From the NCBI RefSeq assembly GCF_001724815.1, contig NZ_MEDO01000011.1, positions 2,059 to 66,058 of the forward strand: 64,000 nucleotides of DNA, given 5' to 3'. A model generated the notes under the pieces. The model did no database searches, was not told the origin of the DNA, and saw only the letters and a list, made by a program, of their open reading frames with translations. Numbering within the stretch: position 1 is the first letter of the stretch; each line of letters opens with the position of its first letter. Made by a program: the position numbers and the translations under genes. Below, piece after piece: positions 58,640-64,000 of the stretch. The stretch is from Arenimonas sp. SCN 70-307. GTDB lineage: Bacteria; Pseudomonadota; Gammaproteobacteria; Xanthomonadales; Xanthomonadaceae.

Positions 58640-60148
58640 TCACCCCGCCGCACCGCGGTCGAGCAACCGATACCCGATTGCCTCCGCCACATGCCGCGTG
58701 GCGATCGCTTCGACGCCCTCGAGGTCCGCCAGCGTCCGCGCCACCCGCTGGATCCGGTGCAGCGCGCGCGCCGACAGTTGCAGCTGCTCGATGGCGCGCT
58801 CGAGCAGCTGGCGGTCATCGGGCGCGAGCGCGCAGTCGCGCTCGGTGCCGGCCTGGTCGAGCTGGGCGTTGGGCACGCCCGCGCGGGCCAGCTGGCGCTC
58901 GCGCGCGACCAGCACGCGGGCGCGCACGGTGGCGGTGGATTCGCCGCGCGGCGCGTCGGGGCGCAGCTCGGAGGGCGGCAACCGAGGCACCGCCAGCTGC
59001 AGGTCGATGCGGTCGAGCAGCGGGCCCGAGAGCTTGCCGCGGTAGCGCGCCACCGCCTCGGCGCTGCAGTTGCAGCGCCCGCTCGGGTCGCCAGCCCAGC
59101 CGCAGGGGCAGGGGTTCATGGCGGCCACCAATTGGAAGCGCGCAGGGAATTCGCTCTGGCGCGCGGCGCGCGAGATCACCACGCGGCCTGACTCCAGCGG
59201 CTGGCGCAGGGTGTCGAGCGCGTGCCGCGACCACTCGGCCAGCTCGTCGAGGAAGAGCACGCCGTGGTGCGCCAGCGAGATTTCGCCCGGGCGCGGGTTG
59301 CCGCCGCCGCCCACCAGCGCCACCGCGCTGGCCAGGTGGTGCGGGCTGCGGAAGGGGCGCTGGCGCCATCGCGCCAGGTCCAGCCCCTGGCCGCTGACGG
59401 AATGCAGGGCCGCTGTTTCCAGCGCCTCGGCCTCGCTGGGCTCGGGCAGCAGGCCGGGCAGGCGCGAGGCCAGCAGGGTCTTGCCGCAGCCGGGCGGGCC
59501 GATGAAGAGCAGGGCATGCGCGCCGGCCGCCGCCACCTCCAGTGCGCGCCGGCCGGCGGCCTGGCCGCGCACGTCGGCCAGGTCGGGATAACGCGTGGCC
59601 GCGGCTTCGATGTCGGCGGTTGCGGCAGGCAGCACGGACTCACCGCGCAGGTGTGAGCACACCTCCAGCAGCGTGCGCGCCGCGAACGCGCGCCCGCCCG
59701 CGGCCAGCGCCGCCTCGGCGGCGTTCGCCGCCGGCACCACCAGCGCCCGGCCTTCGCGTGCCGCCGCCAGCGCCGCCGGCAGCACGCCGTCGACGGGCTT
59801 GAGCTCGCCGGTGAGCGCCAGCTCGCCCAGCACTTCCACTTCGCCCAGCGCCGCCACCGGCAGCTGGCCGCTGGCCGCCAGCAGGCCCAGGGCGATGGCC
59901 AGGTCGTAGCGGCCGCCCTCCTTGGGCAGGTCGGCCGGCGCGAGGTTGACGGTGATGCGCCGCTGCGGGAACTCGAACTGCGCATTGCAGATGGCCGAGC
60001 GCACGCGCTCGCGGCTCTCGCGCACCGCCGTGGCCGGCAATCCCACGAGGGTGAAGTTCGGCAGGCCGCCACCCAGGTGCGCTTCCACGCGCACCGCCGG
60101 CGCGTGCACGCCCACCCGGGCGCGGCTGTGCGCCAGCGCCAGGTTCAC
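58640..60148 (-). CDS. comM: YifB/ComM family Mg-chelatase-like AAA+ ATPase
   Basis: FIGPPGCGKT Walker A, CPCGW zinc-like motif; 502 aa. Confidence 0.88.
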   Translation of the reverse strand: MNLALAHSRARVGVHAPAVRVEAHLGGGLPNFTLVGLPATAVRESRERVRSAICNAQFEFPQRRITVNLAPADLPKEGGRYDLAIALGLLAASGQLPVAALGEVEVLGELALTGELKPVDGVLPAALAAAREGRALVVPAANAAEAALAAGGRAFAARTLLEVCSHLRGESVLPAATADIEAAATRYPDLADVRGQAAGRRALEVAAAGAHALLFIGPPGCGKTLLASRLPGLLPEPSEAEALETAALHSVSGQGLDLARWRQRPFRSPHHLASAVALVGGGGNPRPGEISLAHHGVLFLDELAEWSRHALDTLRQPLESGRVVISRAARQSEFPARFQLVAAMNPCPCGWAGDPSGRCNCSAEAVARYRGKLSGPLLDRIDLQLAVPRLPPSELRPDAPRGESTATVRARVLVARERQLARAGVPNAQLDQAGTERDCALAPDDRQLLERAIEQLQLSARALHRIQRVARTLADLEGVEAIATRHVAEAIGYRLLDRGAAG

Positions 60149-60167
60149 GGATTGGAAAACGCGGCGC

Positions 60168-60434
60168 TTAGTGCGCGCTGGCGTCGGGCGAGCCGCCGCG
60201 GGCCTCGAGCTCGGCCAGGCGCTTCTCGAGCGTCTCGAGCTTCTCGCGCGTGCGCAGCAGCACCGCGCGCTGCACGTCGAACTCCTCGCGGGTGACCAGG
60301 TCGAGGCGATTGAGGCCGGCCTGCAGCGTGGACTTGAAGTTCTGCTCGAGGTCGGCGCGCGCGTCCTTCAGGCCCGGCGGCACCAGGTCGGAGAGCTTGC
60401 GGGCGAGGTCGTCGATGTTCTTGAGGTCGATCAT
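60168..60434 (-). CDS. ubiK: UbiK (YqiC/BMFP) accessory factor family protein
   Basis: MIDLKNIDDLARKLSDLVPPGL..LVTREEFDVQRAVLLRTREKLE. Confidence 0.8.
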   Translation of the reverse strand: MIDLKNIDDLARKLSDLVPPGLKDARADLEQNFKSTLQAGLNRLDLVTREEFDVQRAVLLRTREKLETLEKRLAELEARGGSPDASAH

Positions 60435-60617
60435 GCGCGGGACTCCGGCGGGGGTGTGGCCACGATGCGCCGGCCGGGGCGCGGTGTCCGTAGGAAATCC
60501 CCTTCAGGGCCCACAAGAATTCCATGCGCGCGCCGAGCAATCAATCGCCGCGCGCCGGCCAGGGTTCAGGTGCTCTCCCCCGAGCGTCCCCTTCCCACGT
60601 CCCTGGAGGCCCTGCCC

Positions 60618-62295
<1,678 letters not shown>

Positions 62296-62356
62296 CAGCG
62301 GATTTTGAACGCGGATCAGAGCGAAAAAGGGCGGATCAAATCTGAGAAAGGCAATT

Positions 62357-62397
62357 GAAATGGGGCCGCGGCCAGTTCATGGCCGCGGCCCCATTTC
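62357..62397. terminator. bidirectional terminator hairpin between glnK and speE
   Basis: GAAATGGGGCCGCGGCC-agttcat-GGCCGCGGCCCCATTTC, with T-rich flanks on both strands. Confidence 0.65.
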
Positions 62398-62461
62398 ATT
62401 TCTTCGGCTTTGCTCTTATCCGCTTCTGGATCAGATTTGATCCGCGTTCAAGACCGAACCT

Positions 62462-63322
62462 TCAATCCCCGAGGGCCTTGGCCATCATGGGCGGCATCGC
62501 CAGCGCGCCCTGGTGGATGTCGGCGGTGTAGTACTGGGTGTCGAAGGGCTTGGCGGCGGCGTCGGCCTTGCGGAAGGCGGTGAGGTCGCGGGCTTCCTTC
62601 GAGGCGATGGTGCAGCTCCACCAGCCGGTCGGGTAGCAGGGCTGCGGGAAGGGCAGGGTGCGGAAGCTCTTGAAGCCGGCGTCGGCCATGGCCTGGCGCA
62701 TGTCCAGGATCAGGTTCATCAGCGCCAGCGGGCTTTCGCTCTGCTGCACCAGCAGGCCGCCCGGGCGCAGGGCCTTGAGGCAGTTCTCGTAGAAGGCGCG
62801 GTTGAACAGGCCCTCGGCCGGGCCGACCGGGTCGGTCGAGTCGACGATGATCACGTCGATCGATTCCGGCGCGGCATTGGCCATGTAGGCGATGCCGTCG
62901 TCGAACATCACCGTCGCGCGCGGGTCGTCGTTGGACTCGCACAGCTCCGGGAAGTACTTCTCGGCCATGCGCGTCACCTGCTCGTCGATGTCGCACTGCA
63001 CCGCGCGGCGCACGCCCGGGTGGCGCAGCACCTCGCGCAGGGTGCCGCAGTCGCCGCCGCCGATGATCACCACGTCCTTCGGGTCGGCGTGGGTGAACAG
63101 CGGCGCGTGCGACATCATCTCGTGGTAGAAGAAATTGTCGCGCGTGGTCACCATCATCGCGCCGTCGATGAGCATGACGTTGCCCCAGTCGGTGCTCTCG
63201 TACATCTCGATCTTCTGGAACGGCGACTGCACCTCGTCGAGCTTGCGCGTCACGCGCAGGCCGAAGGCGGAGCCGGTGTGCTCGAAGTTCTCGTGGAGCC
63301 ACGTCGATGAAGAAGAAGTCAT
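62462..63322 (-). CDS. speE: spermidine synthase
   Basis: ..VVIIGGGDCGTLREVL.., DVIIVDSTDPVGPAEGLF; 286 aa from MTSSSSTWLHE. Confidence 0.9.
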   Translation of the reverse strand: MTSSSSTWLHENFEHTGSAFGLRVTRKLDEVQSPFQKIEMYESTDWGNVMLIDGAMMVTTRDNFFYHEMMSHAPLFTHADPKDVVIIGGGDCGTLREVLRHPGVRRAVQCDIDEQVTRMAEKYFPELCESNDDPRATVMFDDGIAYMANAAPESIDVIIVDSTDPVGPAEGLFNRAFYENCLKALRPGGLLVQQSESPLALMNLILDMRQAMADAGFKSFRTLPFPQPCYPTGWWSCTIASKEARDLTAFRKADAAAKPFDTQYYTADIHQGALAMPPMMAKALGD

Positions 63323-63478
63323 CACTTTTCCAGGAAGGTCGGTAAACGAGGCCAAATTGTACCGGACGCCGCCTTTCACCGGATTTCTCCACCTCACGCC
63401 GCCCCCCGCCCCGCCACCATGAACGCAACACCCACGGGGGGTACAATGCGCGCCCACCCCGCTTCCGGAACGCCGCCC

Positions 63479-64000
63479 ATGCCCGCCTGGTCCCTCGACC
63501 GCGCCCGCCACACCTACTCCATTCCCTACTGGAGCGAGGGCTATTACGACGTGGACGCCGCCGGCCGCATGGCGGTGCTGCCGCGCGGCGCCGGTGGCCC
63601 GGCGCTGGCCCTGCCCGAGGTCGTGGCGCAGGCCACCGACGCCGGCCTGAAGCTGCCGCTGCTGCTGCGCTTCTCCGACATCCTCGGCGACCGCCTGGGC
63701 AAGCTGCAGGCCGCCTTCGGCCGCGCCATGGCCGACCTGGGCTACGAGGGCGGCTACACCGCCGTCTACCCGATCAAGGTGAACCAGCACCGCGGCGTCG
63801 CCGGCGAGCTGGCCAACGCCGGCGGCGAGGGCTTCGGCCTCGAGGCCGGCTCCAAGCCCGAGCTGATGGCCGTGCTGGGCCTGGCCCGCCCGGGCAGCCT
63901 GGTGATCTGCAACGGCTACAAGGACCGCGAGTTCATCCGCCTGGCGCTCATCGGCCGCAAGCTGGGCCTGGAGACCTTCATCGTCATCGAGAAGCCCAGC
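63479..64000 (+). CDS. speA: biosynthetic arginine decarboxylase, 5' part (runs off right edge)
   Basis: My own translation: MPAWSLDRARHTYSIPYWSEGYYDV..YPIKVNQ..GLEAGSKPEL..ICNGYKD. It is not in the ORF track because there is no stop in the window. An alternative ATG is at 63446. Confidence 0.88.
   Translation, partial: MPAWSLDRARHTYSIPYWSEGYYDVDAAGRMAVLPRGAGGPALALPEVVAQATDAGLKLPLLLRFSDILGDRLGKLQAAFGRAMADLGYEGGYTAVYPIKVNQHRGVAGELANAGGEGFGLEAGSKPELMAVLGLARPGSLVICNGYKDREFIRLALIGRKLGLETFIVIEKPS

Noticed and set aside
60435-60617. Expected NtrC/sigma-54 promoter upstream of amtB (e.g. TGGCCACGATGCGCC).
   Set aside because: The GG/GC spacing does not fit the -24/-12 consensus, so there is no supportable call from sequence alone.

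Overview
This is a 64-kb chromosomal segment with very high G+C, except for the first ~4.5 kb. Gene content and order (tatABC, hemH, rdgC, ttcA, plsB, pyrF, rep, glyQS, tamAB, estA-like autotransporter, mnmG, pepN, aceBA, amtB-glnK, speE/speA) suggest a Xanthomonadales/Lysobacterales-type gammaproteobacterium; that placement is inference only.

Three regions are not ordinary housekeeping.

(1) Left edge, 1-4450. The 3' tip of an Rhs polymorphic toxin (DUF4329-like C-terminal domain) overlaps a signal-peptide immunity candidate. It is followed by an integron-type gene-cassette array with 6 clear and 3 degenerate attC sites. These sites are very close to the aadA/Xanthomonas-Pseudomonas attC type. 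The array carries small exported, membrane or DUF proteins and two ORF-less cassettes. No integrase lies in the window.

(2) 53.2-58.6 kb. A cNMP-binding GGDEF protein sits next to a class III nucleotidyl cyclase with a TM segment and TPR-like repeats. Next come an antisense-oriented 89-aa NHLP-like, Cys-free peptide and a stand-alone SagB-type dehydrogenase. I read this as a functionally uncharacterised RiPP-like or signalling module, and it is the best candidate here for a novel system.

(3) Several families of REP/MITE-like palindromes occur, some of which form the 3' ends of CDSs.

Other observations: a TGG->TAG nonsense codon in an AlkD-like gene, an unusual Tyr/Gly/Trp- then Arg/Pro-rich lipoprotein, and an orphan minus-strand terminator upstream of mnmG. 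I recognised no rRNA, tRNA or CRISPR array. Most long ORFs in the six-frame track that lie antisense to, or extend, these genes are high-GC shadow ORFs.
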